Below, one piece after another: positions 36,136-45,589 of a stretch of 64,000 bases of DNA. Position 1 is the first letter of the stretch. Each line of letters opens with the position of its first letter. Both the position numbers and the translations under genes were made by a program. The DNA comes from Candidatus Daviesbacteria bacterium. Lineage in GTDB: Bacteria > Patescibacteriota > Microgenomatia > Daviesbacterales > UBA10151. The notes beneath the pieces are model-generated. The model was not told where the DNA came from. It was given only the letters and a program-made list of their open reading frames with translations, and did no database searches. The stretch covers positions 276,550-340,549 of the forward strand of contig JAQUSJ010000001.1 in the NCBI GenBank assembly GCA_028715175.1, written 5' to 3'.

Positions 36136-39100
36136 TGAAAAAAATTATTTTTTTATTGCTATCTTTTTTTTCCATAATTTTTTCCGCACAAACTGTTGCA
36201 GCAAGTAATTCATTCATTTCAATCGTAAATCCTGTTAGAGGAAACGACTTTTGGGATTTAAAGGATCAAAGCGTAGAAACCGCAGTTTTGGGTCAAATTG
36301 AGATATTAAACAAATCTAATTTACCAGCGACCTGGCTGCTGCGATTTGATGTGCTTAATAATGAAAATATTATTAATCAGTTAAAAGATAGGACGCTTGA
36401 TGAAAAAGGATTATTCCTGGAAGTGACTCAAGCCTGGACAGCTCAAGCAAAGATTCAATATCGTAAGTTAGATATTTGGCATGCAGCCGGCAGCGCTTTT
36501 TTGACCGGTTACGAAAGGGAACAAAGAGGAAAACTGATCGATGTTGCTTTTGAAAAATTTAAAAATATCTTTGGTCAATATCCTGTCTCAGTTGGCGCAT
36601 GGTGGATTGATGCTTATTCGCTGGATTATATGCAAAAAAAATACGACATCACCTCAGCGTTAATTGTGGCCGATCAATACTCAACAGATAATTATCAAAT
36701 TTGGGGTCAATATTTTGGGACTCCTTATTATCCAGGCAAGAATAACGCGCTTCATCCTGCCGGTAACTTAGAAAACAAACTTGATGTTGTAATGATGCAG
36801 TGGGCCACAAGAGATCCGGTGAATGGTTATGGAAACGGGGTAACGGAAAGTACTTTTTCCGTACAGGCCAATGATTATATTGATTATCACGATTTAGACA
36901 CGAAGTATTTTTCTTCCTTAATTGACATATACACAAAACAAAAATTTAACCAGTTTGCTCACATGGTAGTTGGTTTAGAAAATTCTTATTCCTGGAGAAA
37001 ATATGCAGATGAATATAAAAAACAAATTGAAGTATTGATTGAAAAAAGAGATTCCAATCAGCTTTCGGTTATCACGATGAAAGATTTTGCCGGTTGGTAT
37101 AAAAAAACTTTCCCAAAACTTTCTCCTGAACAATTAATTGTTGCAGATGACCCGCTGGGGAGTTTTAGAAAAGCTGTTTGGTTTATGAACCCGTATTACA
37201 GAGCGGGATGGTTTTTAAATTCTGATGGAAGCGTTTTTAGAGAGATTAGACAATATGTTGATGGAGAAGAGGAATTATGCTTTAGGACTAGATGTGACAA
37301 TGTTAACTTTGCAACTTCTGCTACCAGAGTTTTGGACGACGTCAGCTTTAGCAGCAAATGGGTGATAGATGAAGGGAAAATTAGTAATTCTAAAGTAGAA
37401 AGAAAAGGGGATGATTTTTTAATCAGTTATAAAAATGAAGCGGGAAATGTAAGACATATAGAATTTTTGCCCCGTGATATAAGTTTAGACGGAAATATTT
37501 TTTCTATTGATGCGGCCATATTAAATGCAATCAAAACAGGGAGTACAGTAACTAAGAATGCCGCAGCGGGGGGACAAACGCTTGATTGGTCCCTTTTTTC
37601 CGTCATATTAAAGCTTGCGGAATTTTTACTATTTTTATTGCTTGTCACTTTTATTCCGGGATTTGTTTTAAGTCGTAACTTTTTGAAAAAGGATTCCCTT
37701 TTTCTGCGGTTATTTATATCCGGATCAGTCGGGTTTGTCGTGCTTACTTTGCTTTTCTATATAACTAGTTTGTTGAAAATTAGGCCATTGGTTTTTGCTT
37801 ATATTTTAATAAGCCTGATTTTGTATGTCCGCTTTAAACCTCCTTTTGTCATCCTGAGAGAAACGAAGGATCTAATCATTAGATTTTTCCCCAGTCAAAG
37901 GCGGCCTCAGAATGACAGGGTTGGGTGGTTTAATTTAATATTGATTGCAATTATTTTGGCCGGAACCATATTCCAAGCAATGCCTACTTTTAAAAGCGGT
38001 TTAAATTTTTCCTATGGTATCGGACTTTGGGGACCTAATACTCATGATGGTGTTTGGCATATAGCTTTAATAAATCAGTTGGTAAAGTCTGTTCCGCCTG
38101 AAAACCCTGTCTATTCCGGTGTTACCTTAAAGAATTATCACTTCTTTTATGATCTTTTAGTGGCTGTTACAAATTACTTATCCGGACTACCTGTTTCCGA
38201 TTTAGTCTTTAGATTTTATCCGGTAATTTTCTCTTTGATGTTGGGATTGGGTTCTTATTATCTTATCATGAAACTTTTTAAAAATAGAATGGAGGAGATG
38301 CAGGTAAAAGTTGCCGCAGTATTCAGCTTATATTTTATTTATTTTGCCGGCAGTTTTGGATGGATTGTGGAATTTTTGCGGGAGGGTCACTTTGGTGGGG
38401 AATCGGCTTTTTGGGCCAATCAGGCAGTTTCTTTTAATTTGAATCCGCCGTTTGCGGTTTCTTTGGTTATTCTTATTTCCCTGTTTCATATCTTGTTTTC
38501 AAATACCAAAGGAATAGTGCCGAATGCCGTTGCGATCATTATGGTTGGTACTCTTGCCAGTTTTAAATCATACACCGGAATTTTAGTATTAGGAGCTTTG
38601 TGTTTTGTAGCAGCGGTAAGGATTTTAAGAAATAAAGATTTTACTTGTTTTTGGACTGTGCTTTTTTCCATTTTGGTCACTGCCTTATTATTTTTGTCTA
38701 ATTTTCAGGCGAGTTCCGCGCTGATTATTTTTGTGCCGTTTTGGTTTATTCATTCAATGGTTGATTCTCCGGATCGGGTTGGTTGGGTTAGGTTATCTTT
38801 AGCCAGGACAACCTCTCAAGCGCTGGAACAGTGGCCGAAATTTATTATAGCGGAAACATTAAGCCTCCTGCTTTTTATATTTGGGAATTTAGGATTGCGG
38901 TTTTTAAGTTTAGGGTATCTGCTGAAGATAAAAGAAATTTTTAAAAATGACACTTTACTATTTATTTCTACAACGGCAATTTTGTCAAGCGTAATACCCA
39001 TTCTTTTTATACAGTCAGGTAATCCTTGGAATACAATTCAATTTTTCTACCCCTTTTTGTATATCAGCGCGCTTTTTAGCGGACCGGTTATTGCTTTTTT

Positions 39101-39623
39101 GGTTTTTAGACTGAATAAAATACTGGTTTTTAGTTTTGTATGCCTGGTTCTTATTATTGCGCCGATTAACTCACTTGTTACAGCCGGCGGGTATTTGAGT
39201 AAAACACCACATGCTTTTATTTCTTCAAAAGAACTTGCGGGTTTGCAATTTTTAGCTAGTGAGCCTAAGGGAACAGTGTTAACTTATCCTTATGACGGGA
39301 AATTAAAAACTAAAGTTGCGGAACCTTGGCCGATCCTCGTTTATGATAGTACGGCTTATGTTTCAGCTTTTTCTAAAAAAGCGGGCTATTTGGAAGATGA
39401 ACCGCAGAATCAAATCTTGCTGACAGATTATAAAAAGAGACTGGTTGCTTCAAAGGATTTTTTCTTGAAACCTGTTTCCGAAGGATCAAAATTTCTGCGC
39501 GATAATAATATAAAATATATTTACATACCAAAAATATACGACATAAGACTTGATGAGGGCGCCCAAGAGGTAAAAAATATTTTCGAAAATGAAGAAATAA
39601 TTATTTATCAAGTAAATCAATGA
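36135..39623 (+). CDS. Large fusion: secreted glycoside hydrolase/deacetylase-like barrel domain plus multi-pass GT-C-like domain
   Basis: Signal peptide; PATWLL, FEKFKNIFGQYPVSVGAWWID, IWGQYFGTPYYP; then many TMs with acidic loop GPNTHDGVWH and a C-terminal NNIKYIY domain. Confidence 0.65.
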   Translation: MKKIIFLLLSFFSIIFSAQTVAASNSFISIVNPVRGNDFWDLKDQSVETAVLGQIEILNKSNLPATWLLRFDVLNNENIINQLKDRTLDEKGLFLEVTQAWTAQAKIQYRKLDIWHAAGSAFLTGYEREQRGKLIDVAFEKFKNIFGQYPVSVGAWWIDAYSLDYMQKKYDITSALIVADQYSTDNYQIWGQYFGTPYYPGKNNALHPAGNLENKLDVVMMQWATRDPVNGYGNGVTESTFSVQANDYIDYHDLDTKYFSSLIDIYTKQKFNQFAHMVVGLENSYSWRKYADEYKKQIEVLIEKRDSNQLSVITMKDFAGWYKKTFPKLSPEQLIVADDPLGSFRKAVWFMNPYYRAGWFLNSDGSVFREIRQYVDGEEELCFRTRCDNVNFATSATRVLDDVSFSSKWVIDEGKISNSKVERKGDDFLISYKNEAGNVRHIEFLPRDISLDGNIFSIDAAILNAIKTGSTVTKNAAAGGQTLDWSLFSVILKLAEFLLFLLLVTFIPGFVLSRNFLKKDSLFLRLFISGSVGFVVLTLLFYITSLLKIRPLVFAYILISLILYVRFKPPFVILRETKDLIIRFFPSQRRPQNDRVGWFNLILIAIILAGTIFQAMPTFKSGLNFSYGIGLWGPNTHDGVWHIALINQLVKSVPPENPVYSGVTLKNYHFFYDLLVAVTNYLSGLPVSDLVFRFYPVIFSLMLGLGSYYLIMKLFKNRMEEMQVKVAAVFSLYFIYFAGSFGWIVEFLREGHFGGESAFWANQAVSFNLNPPFAVSLVILISLFHILFSNTKGIVPNAVAIIMVGTLASFKSYTGILVLGALCFVAAVRILRNKDFTCFWTVLFSILVTALLFLSNFQASSALIIFVPFWFIHSMVDSPDRVGWVRLSLARTTSQALEQWPKFIIAETLSLLLFIFGNLGLRFLSLGYLLKIKEIFKNDTLLFISTTAILSSVIPILFIQSGNPWNTIQFFYPFLYISALFSGPVIAFLVFRLNKILVFSFVCLVLIIAPINSLVTAGGYLSKTPHAFISSKELAGLQFLASEPKGTVLTYPYDGKLKTKVAEPWPILVYDSTAYVSAFSKKAGYLEDEPQNQILLTDYKKRLVASKDFFLKPVSEGSKFLRDNNIKYIYIPKIYDIRLDEGAQEVKNIFENEEIIIYQVNQ
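37847..37917. repeat. Palindromic REP/MITE-like element inserted in frame in a CDS
   Basis: Terminal inverted repeats TGTCATCCTGAG/CTCAGAATGACA (11/12); inner palindrome ATCTAAT-C-ATTAGAT; GTCA..TGAC span 69 bp, a multiple of 3. Confidence 0.8.
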
Positions 39624-41248
39624 AACCTAAATTAATATTGTTTTGTCTTGTAATAGTTGGATTACTCTTAAGAGTAATATTCATTAACAATAGCCCGCCC
39701 TCATTATATGGAGACGAGTTAACCATAACTCTGGATGCTTATTCCTTATTAAAAACAGGTCAAGATCAGTTAGGAAACTTACTGCCGCTAACCTTTTCTA
39801 TGGGGGCCGGCCGGCCAGCCGGTTATGTGTATGGGTCAATACCGTTTGTGGCTATCTTTGGTTCGTCTGCGTTAGGTATAAGAGCTCTTTCGATTTTGTC
39901 AGGCATAGGGATAATTATTCTTTTATATTATATAGGTAGGAAACTATTTTCTGGGAAGGTTGGGATAGCAGCTGCTTTTATTGGATCTGTTTCTCCATGG
40001 GATATATCTTTAAGCAGAGGCGGTTTTGAGGCTCATTTTGCATTGTTTCTTGTACTACTGGGAACTTATCTTTTTATTCAAGCAAAGAATACACCCGTAT
40101 TTTATATAATTTCTGCATTGAGTTTTGGGTTAACACTGCATACTTATCCAACATATAAAGTAAGTCTACTGCTATTTTTACCATTACTTCTGTGGTATCA
40201 AGGTGACCTAAAAAGGGTTTTAAACAATTATAGAAAATATTTTTTAACTGGAGTTTGTATATTTATATTCTTCAGTGGTTTATCTTTAATCCAAACTTTT
40301 ACAGGAGGTTCGGAAGCAAGATTTTTAGGTATAAATATATTTGCACAGGATAAATTAAAAGATACAATCGTGCAAAAGATAAACTTCGAAAGACAAATAA
40401 CACAGTTACCTCAGTCTATCTCTAAATATTTTCATAACAAACCTATTGAGTATGCAAAAGTATTCAGTGAAAATTATCTGCAGAATTTTTCAATTGATTT
40501 TCTAATTCTACACGGTGATCGAAACCCAAGACACAATATGGCAACAATGGGGGAGATATATTTTATAGAATTAGTATTAATTTTTATTGGGTTTATTGCT
40601 TCCTGGTACAAAGAAAAAAGGACAAAAATATTTTTGTTTTCCTGGTTATTTCTAGCTCCGATTCCTGCAGCAATTATTGATACTCCGCATGCGCTAAGAA
40701 GTGCTTTTATGTTCCCTCCTCTTGTACTTTTTTCCGCGGTAGGGCTTATAACAGTTTTTAATCACAAAAATAAGTTATTTTCAGTTTTAATTCTAATGAT
40801 TTTTATTTTTCAATTCATATTCTTTGTCCAAAAACTATATTTCCTGGCTCCAAAAGAATACAGCAACTTTTGGTCATATTCTGCAAAACTTGCCTCACAA
40901 ATTGCTAAAAATAATAAAGACAAATTTACTTATGTGATTTTATCTGACAGGATCGATAATATAGAGTTTGCTTATCCGGTTTATGCAAAAATTGATCCCA
41001 ATATAATAATTTCTCAAAATCAAAATAAAACTTTACTCAATGGCAGCAAATTTAAAAAATTTGACAACATTTATATTGGATATATTCCTGAAAGCCGGGT
41101 AGAGAAATTTATTGATTCACTGGAGAGGTCTATGTTGTATATTAGTTCGGCAGGCGATAAGGAATTTCTTAGTAACCCGGAATTAATTGATGGCCTGGAC
41201 GGTCAGAAGGCGCTAGTTTTAGAAAAAAGAGCTTTAAGTAATGAATAA
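39620..41248 (+). CDS. GT-C glycosyltransferase, DE...G(K/R)D subfamily
   Basis: PPSLYGDE, AYSLLKTGQDQLG, VSPW..LSR..FE, GDRNPRH, PHALRS. Confidence 0.8.
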   Translation: MKPKLILFCLVIVGLLLRVIFINNSPPSLYGDELTITLDAYSLLKTGQDQLGNLLPLTFSMGAGRPAGYVYGSIPFVAIFGSSALGIRALSILSGIGIIILLYYIGRKLFSGKVGIAAAFIGSVSPWDISLSRGGFEAHFALFLVLLGTYLFIQAKNTPVFYIISALSFGLTLHTYPTYKVSLLLFLPLLLWYQGDLKRVLNNYRKYFLTGVCIFIFFSGLSLIQTFTGGSEARFLGINIFAQDKLKDTIVQKINFERQITQLPQSISKYFHNKPIEYAKVFSENYLQNFSIDFLILHGDRNPRHNMATMGEIYFIELVLIFIGFIASWYKEKRTKIFLFSWLFLAPIPAAIIDTPHALRSAFMFPPLVLFSAVGLITVFNHKNKLFSVLILMIFIFQFIFFVQKLYFLAPKEYSNFWSYSAKLASQIAKNNKDKFTYVILSDRIDNIEFAYPVYAKIDPNIIISQNQNKTLLNGSKFKKFDNIYIGYIPESRVEKFIDSLERSMLYISSAGDKEFLSNPELIDGLDGQKALVLEKRALSNE

Positions 41249-42173
41249 AATAAAATATTTACTGCTTATTTTAATCTCAGTTACTGCTTTATCTTTTAGA
41301 TTTTATATTAATTATTTCATACCCGTCAACCAACAGATTAATTTATTATTTATACTTTTAGGTCTGTTTAATTTAATATTATTATTTTGTATAATTCAAA
41401 GGCTAGCCAATTATAAAATTGGGTTGTTGGCAGCTCTACTATACGCAATATCCCCTTGGACAGCATACCTTGAATTGGTATCCAGTCCATATATCTTTTT
41501 ACTTTCTTCTATATTATTTCTATATCTGGGAATTCAAATATTTAATGTCAGCAAAGGAATTTTCTTGCTATTGATCATTGCGATCGGAGGTTTTTTTCTA
41601 TACAGATATAATCAAATCACTGTTTTTTCCAATATAGGTTTAATCAATGATGTAAATAGTTTTAGAGGTGAAACGAATCAAACTTTTCTCTCTCCTTTAG
41701 GAAAGATTATCGAAAACCGTTATATATATTTAAGCGAGCATTTAACATCTAATATCCTTAAACAATTTACTCCGGCAACTTATTTTACAAATCAGGTTCG
41801 ATTACTGGGGTTTTCTAATTCTTCGCCAATATATTTAGGCTTTATAACTCCTTTCTTATTTGGTGTTTTGATATCGGTAAGATTAATACCAAGGAAGAGA
41901 ATTTCAGAAATAATAGCCGGAGCTTTATTTATATTGCCTTCAATACTATCTAAAGACTCGCCTGATTTATCCCGCTTAATCTTAATTTCTCCAATAATTT
42001 TTTTTGTAATAAGTATAGGTTTATATGAATTTATTCTAAATTACAGGAAAAAAGTATTCCTTTTTTTGCTGTTTCTTACGGTGTTTATGGTGGTATTGCA
42101 GTTTCTGATAACTATCTCCGATATAGCGGTTAGAGAACCTGTAAGATTACAGATGTTTTTGGATCAAAAATAA
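41241..42173 (+). CDS. Truncated GT-C-derived membrane protein lacking the acidic catalytic loop and C-terminal domain
   Basis: Keeps FRFY, YAISPW, VNSFRG...IIENRY...QFTPATYF, PDLSRL; no DE loop. Confidence 0.6.
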   Translation: MNKIKYLLLILISVTALSFRFYINYFIPVNQQINLLFILLGLFNLILLFCIIQRLANYKIGLLAALLYAISPWTAYLELVSSPYIFLLSSILFLYLGIQIFNVSKGIFLLLIIAIGGFFLYRYNQITVFSNIGLINDVNSFRGETNQTFLSPLGKIIENRYIYLSEHLTSNILKQFTPATYFTNQVRLLGFSNSSPIYLGFITPFLFGVLISVRLIPRKRISEIIAGALFILPSILSKDSPDLSRLILISPIIFFVISIGLYEFILNYRKKVFLFLLFLTVFMVVLQFLITISDIAVREPVRLQMFLDQK

Positions 42174-42174
42174 T

Positions 42175-43833
42175 ATGAAAAGATTTAATCAGAGAAGAGG
42201 TAAACATATTTTTGTTTTCCTGCTATCTCTTACAATAGTAGGAGGTTTTCTAAGGTTTTATCAGATTACTAAGAATCCAATCAGTCTTTCTATTGACGAA
42301 GTGGCATTCGCGTATAATGCTTTTTCTATTTTGAAAACTGGCCGCGATGAATATGGTAAATTTCTTCCTTTATCTTTTAAATCAACCGGAGATTATAAGA
42401 ATCCGGTTCCTATATACACGATGGTTCCGTCAATTGCCATATTTGGGCTAAACGAATTTAGTATTAGGCTGCCTACAGCGCTGATTGCTACTTTAAGCAT
42501 CCCTGTTTTTTTTCTTTTATTTCTGGAGATTACAGGATCTCAAGTAATATCACTTTCCGCTGTCTTGCTTTTGACAATTTCCCCCTGGCATATTTATTAT
42601 TCACGGTATGTTTCTGATCATTTAATAGCGGCAACACTAGTGGTTTTGGGGGTATTATCTTTTTTAAGAATGCTAAAAACAGGCAGATGGTTTTGGAGTA
42701 TCGGTTCTGCGATTTTCCTTATTTTATCAATGTATACTTATTATGCCGAACGGTTATTTATTCCTCTTTTTTTCTTAGCGCTATTTATACTAAAAAAACG
42801 GGATTTAGTTGAAAGATTAAAACAAGTAAAATTATTTATAGCAGTTTGCGCAGTTTTGCTCTTTCCGCTTATTTTTTCCACTTTTTTTGGACCTGATAGG
42901 ATAAGAGCGCAAATGACATGGATTGGTAATGATGTTGAGTTTGTAAGGAATGTAGCAGTAAAACCTTTGAAAAATATCCCTTTTTTGACTTCAGATAATT
43001 TATTACTTGTTTTTTTTGGAGCGAGAAAATATTTGAATTATTTTGATCCTGGATTCCTTTTCTATAGCGGTTTAAATATGACTAAAAGCGGTAGCTACGG
43101 ACTAGGCGTTTTGTATTTATTTGAAACCCCCTTTTTTATTTTAGGAATTATTACATTGATCAGGAAAAAGATAAAAAACAAAGGCTTAATTATTGCATGG
43201 ATTTTGGTAGGTTTGATACCTGCGTCATTGACAAATAACGAACAGCATCCCGGACGCACCTTTATTATTCTTCCTATGATCATACTGATTTCTGCAATAG
43301 GAGTAGTTGAGCTTTTCAGGTTAATAAGAACTTATTTAAATCAGTATTTAAGGAATATAATTTTTGTAGCTTTTTCAATCATTATTATATGGAATTTAAT
43401 CCAAGCATTTTTAATCTATAGCGTGCATTTCCCCCGTCAAAAAGGAGAAAATTTTATGGAAGGCACTAAGGAAACGGTCGAATTTGCGCTGGTAAATAAG
43501 AATAAGTACAAAGAGATAGTTTTTGATCCGTACAGGGGGATAGAGGCTCCGTACATAGTTAGCATCCCGCATATGTATATTCTATTTTACTCGCAATATA
43601 ACCCCGCAATTTATCAGCAGGAAGAAAAAATACGGCCGGACGGATCATACGGATTTGATAAGTTCACCATCAGGAGAATTGACTGGAGGACAGATAGGTT
43701 AAAAACAGATACTTTATTTATTGGTAGTCCTTGGAGTTTGCCTGAAAAAGATATTAAAAACCAGGAAATTTTAAAGAGGGTCTATCTTTCCGGCGGACAA
43801 TTAGCTTTTTTGATTGTTTCTCCAGTGCAGTAA
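42175..43833 (+). CDS. GT-C glycosyltransferase, DE...G(K/R)D subfamily
   Basis: SLSIDEVAFAYNAFSILKTGRDEYG, GDYKNP, GLNEFSIRLP, ISPWHIYYSR. Confidence 0.8.
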   Translation: MKRFNQRRGKHIFVFLLSLTIVGGFLRFYQITKNPISLSIDEVAFAYNAFSILKTGRDEYGKFLPLSFKSTGDYKNPVPIYTMVPSIAIFGLNEFSIRLPTALIATLSIPVFFLLFLEITGSQVISLSAVLLLTISPWHIYYSRYVSDHLIAATLVVLGVLSFLRMLKTGRWFWSIGSAIFLILSMYTYYAERLFIPLFFLALFILKKRDLVERLKQVKLFIAVCAVLLFPLIFSTFFGPDRIRAQMTWIGNDVEFVRNVAVKPLKNIPFLTSDNLLLVFFGARKYLNYFDPGFLFYSGLNMTKSGSYGLGVLYLFETPFFILGIITLIRKKIKNKGLIIAWILVGLIPASLTNNEQHPGRTFIILPMIILISAIGVVELFRLIRTYLNQYLRNIIFVAFSIIIIWNLIQAFLIYSVHFPRQKGENFMEGTKETVEFALVNKNKYKEIVFDPYRGIEAPYIVSIPHMYILFYSQYNPAIYQQEEKIRPDGSYGFDKFTIRRIDWRTDRLKTDTLFIGSPWSLPEKDIKNQEILKRVYLSGGQLAFLIVSPVQ

Positions 43834-43853
43834 ACTAATTTTACTTAAACCCG

Positions 43854-43868
43854 GTAAGCTGGTAAGAT
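43854..43868 (+). promoter_or_regulatory. Extended -10 promoter, leaderless spacing
   Basis: TGGTAAGAT (43860-43868) 6 nt before ATG 43875; upstream GGTAAG shared with the 29755 promoter. Confidence 0.6.
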
Positions 43869-43874
43869 TTAAAT

Positions 43875-44783
43875 ATGAAACAGAAGATTTCAGTAATCAT
43901 TAATATTCTAAACGAAGAAAAAAATATCGGGAAAGTGATGAATTCTTTGGATTGGGCAGATGAAATAGTTATTGTAGACGATGGATCACAAGATAAGACA
44001 TATAAAATTCTGACTCGGTTAAAGATTGAAAACACAAAACTGAAGCTCTTTAAACATAAAAGTGTCGGATTTGTAGAACCAGCTAGGAATTTTGCAATAT
44101 CTAAGGCTACAAATGAATGGATATTAATTTTAGATGCAGATGAGCGGATCCCTCAGAGTTTAGCAGAAAAATTAGAAAAAATTGCTTCTAAAATGGAGCA
44201 AATAGATTATGTAAGGTTACCCAGAAAGAATATCATTTTTGGTCACGCTATGCGTCAGTCTCAGTGGTGGCCGGATTATAATATAAGATTTTTCAAAAAA
44301 GGAAAAGTTGAATGGGGTAATAGAATTCATAGACCTCCTCAGGCTCTTGGGCAAGGTTTAGATCTTCCGGCAGACGAGAAATATGCTATTGTTCATCACA
44401 ACTACGAAACTATCGCACAATTTTTACAAAGGATGAACAGATATACGGACATACAGGCAGAAGAATTAAAAAAAGAAGGATATAAATTTGACTGGAAAGA
44501 TCTTTTCGAAAAACCTCTCAACGAATTCTTATCAAGATTTTTTGCAAGAGAGGGTTACAAAGACGGCTTACATGGTTTAGCATTGAGCTTGCTACAAGCC
44601 TTCTCTTTTGTAGTTATGTATCTGAAATTATGGGAAATGGATAAGTTTAGAGAGCAAGATATCAACCTATCGGAGTTAAATAGTCTAAAAAATCAATCAG
44701 CAGAGGCTTTTAATTATTGGATTAACAGATCAAAGTATCCGGGTAATTTCTTTGAACGAGTATTCAAAAAGATTAAGAGTTAA
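43875..44783 (+). CDS. GT2, beta-1,4-glucosyltransferase-like (WaaE/LgtF-like)
   Basis: NEEKNI, VDDGSQDKT, ARNFAI, LDADER, WPDYNIRFF, GYKDGLHG. Confidence 0.85.
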   Translation: MKQKISVIINILNEEKNIGKVMNSLDWADEIVIVDDGSQDKTYKILTRLKIENTKLKLFKHKSVGFVEPARNFAISKATNEWILILDADERIPQSLAEKLEKIASKMEQIDYVRLPRKNIIFGHAMRQSQWWPDYNIRFFKKGKVEWGNRIHRPPQALGQGLDLPADEKYAIVHHNYETIAQFLQRMNRYTDIQAEELKKEGYKFDWKDLFEKPLNEFLSRFFAREGYKDGLHGLALSLLQAFSFVVMYLKLWEMDKFREQDINLSELNSLKNQSAEAFNYWINRSKYPGNFFERVFKKIKS

Positions 44784-44785
44784 GT

Positions 44786-45589
44786 ATGTTAAGTGTAGCT
44801 ATAATTACAAAAAATGAAGAAAGCAGAATTAAAGCCTGTTTGGAATCTGTCAAATGGGCTGATGAGATTGTTGTTGTGGATAGCGGATCGAAGGACAATA
44901 CCTTAAAGATAGCAAGGGAATACACAGAAAAAATTTTCGAAGTGAATTTGCAAGATTTTTCTTCTCTTCGTAATCTAGCAACAGAAAAAGCTTCAGGGAA
45001 TTGGGTACTCTTTGTAGACTCAGACGAGCGGGTGCTTGAACCTTTGAAAAAAGAAATTGAGACTGTGATAGCTCTCTCGGATTATTCCGCCTATGCGATA
45101 TCCCGTAAAAACATCATTTTTGGCCAAGAGGTTAAGTATGGTCCTTTTTGGCCCGATTGGGTAATAAGGCTTTTTAAAAAGGATAGTTTTGAAGGGTGGA
45201 TTGGTCAAGTTCACGAAACGCTTAAGTTTAAAGGCGATTTAGGTTACAGTAAAAATTCGCTTTTGCATTTAACACATCGCAATACCGATCAAATTATTTT
45301 GAAAAGTTTGGAATGGTCAAAAATTGATGCCAAATTAAGATTTGCTTCGAAACATCCAAAGATGTCCGGGTGGAGATTTTTAAGAATCTTTGTTGCTGAA
45401 ATTTTTAACCAGGGAATTTTGCGAAAAGGTTTTTTCAACGGAACAATAGGAGTAATGGATTCCATCCTACAAGTTTTTAGTTTGTATATCACTTATGTTA
45501 GGTTATGGCAATTGCAGCAACCGGAAGATTTAAATAAAGTTTATGACAATTTAGACAAAAAGTTGATAGAAAATCAATTTCGTTATTGA
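44786..45589 (+). CDS. GT2, beta-1,4-glucosyltransferase-like
   Basis: ITKNEE, VDSGSKDNT, LRN, VDSDER, WPDWVIRLF, VHE. Confidence 0.85.
   Translation: MLSVAIITKNEESRIKACLESVKWADEIVVVDSGSKDNTLKIAREYTEKIFEVNLQDFSSLRNLATEKASGNWVLFVDSDERVLEPLKKEIETVIALSDYSAYAISRKNIIFGQEVKYGPFWPDWVIRLFKKDSFEGWIGQVHETLKFKGDLGYSKNSLLHLTHRNTDQIILKSLEWSKIDAKLRFASKHPKMSGWRFLRIFVAEIFNQGILRKGFFNGTIGVMDSILQVFSLYITYVRLWQLQQPEDLNKVYDNLDKKLIENQFRY

Noticed and set aside
43875-45589. LPS core or lipid A modification implied by WaaE-like and ArnT-like similarity
   Set aside because: No lpx, kds, waaA, lpt or arn pathway genes in the window; similarity is only at family level
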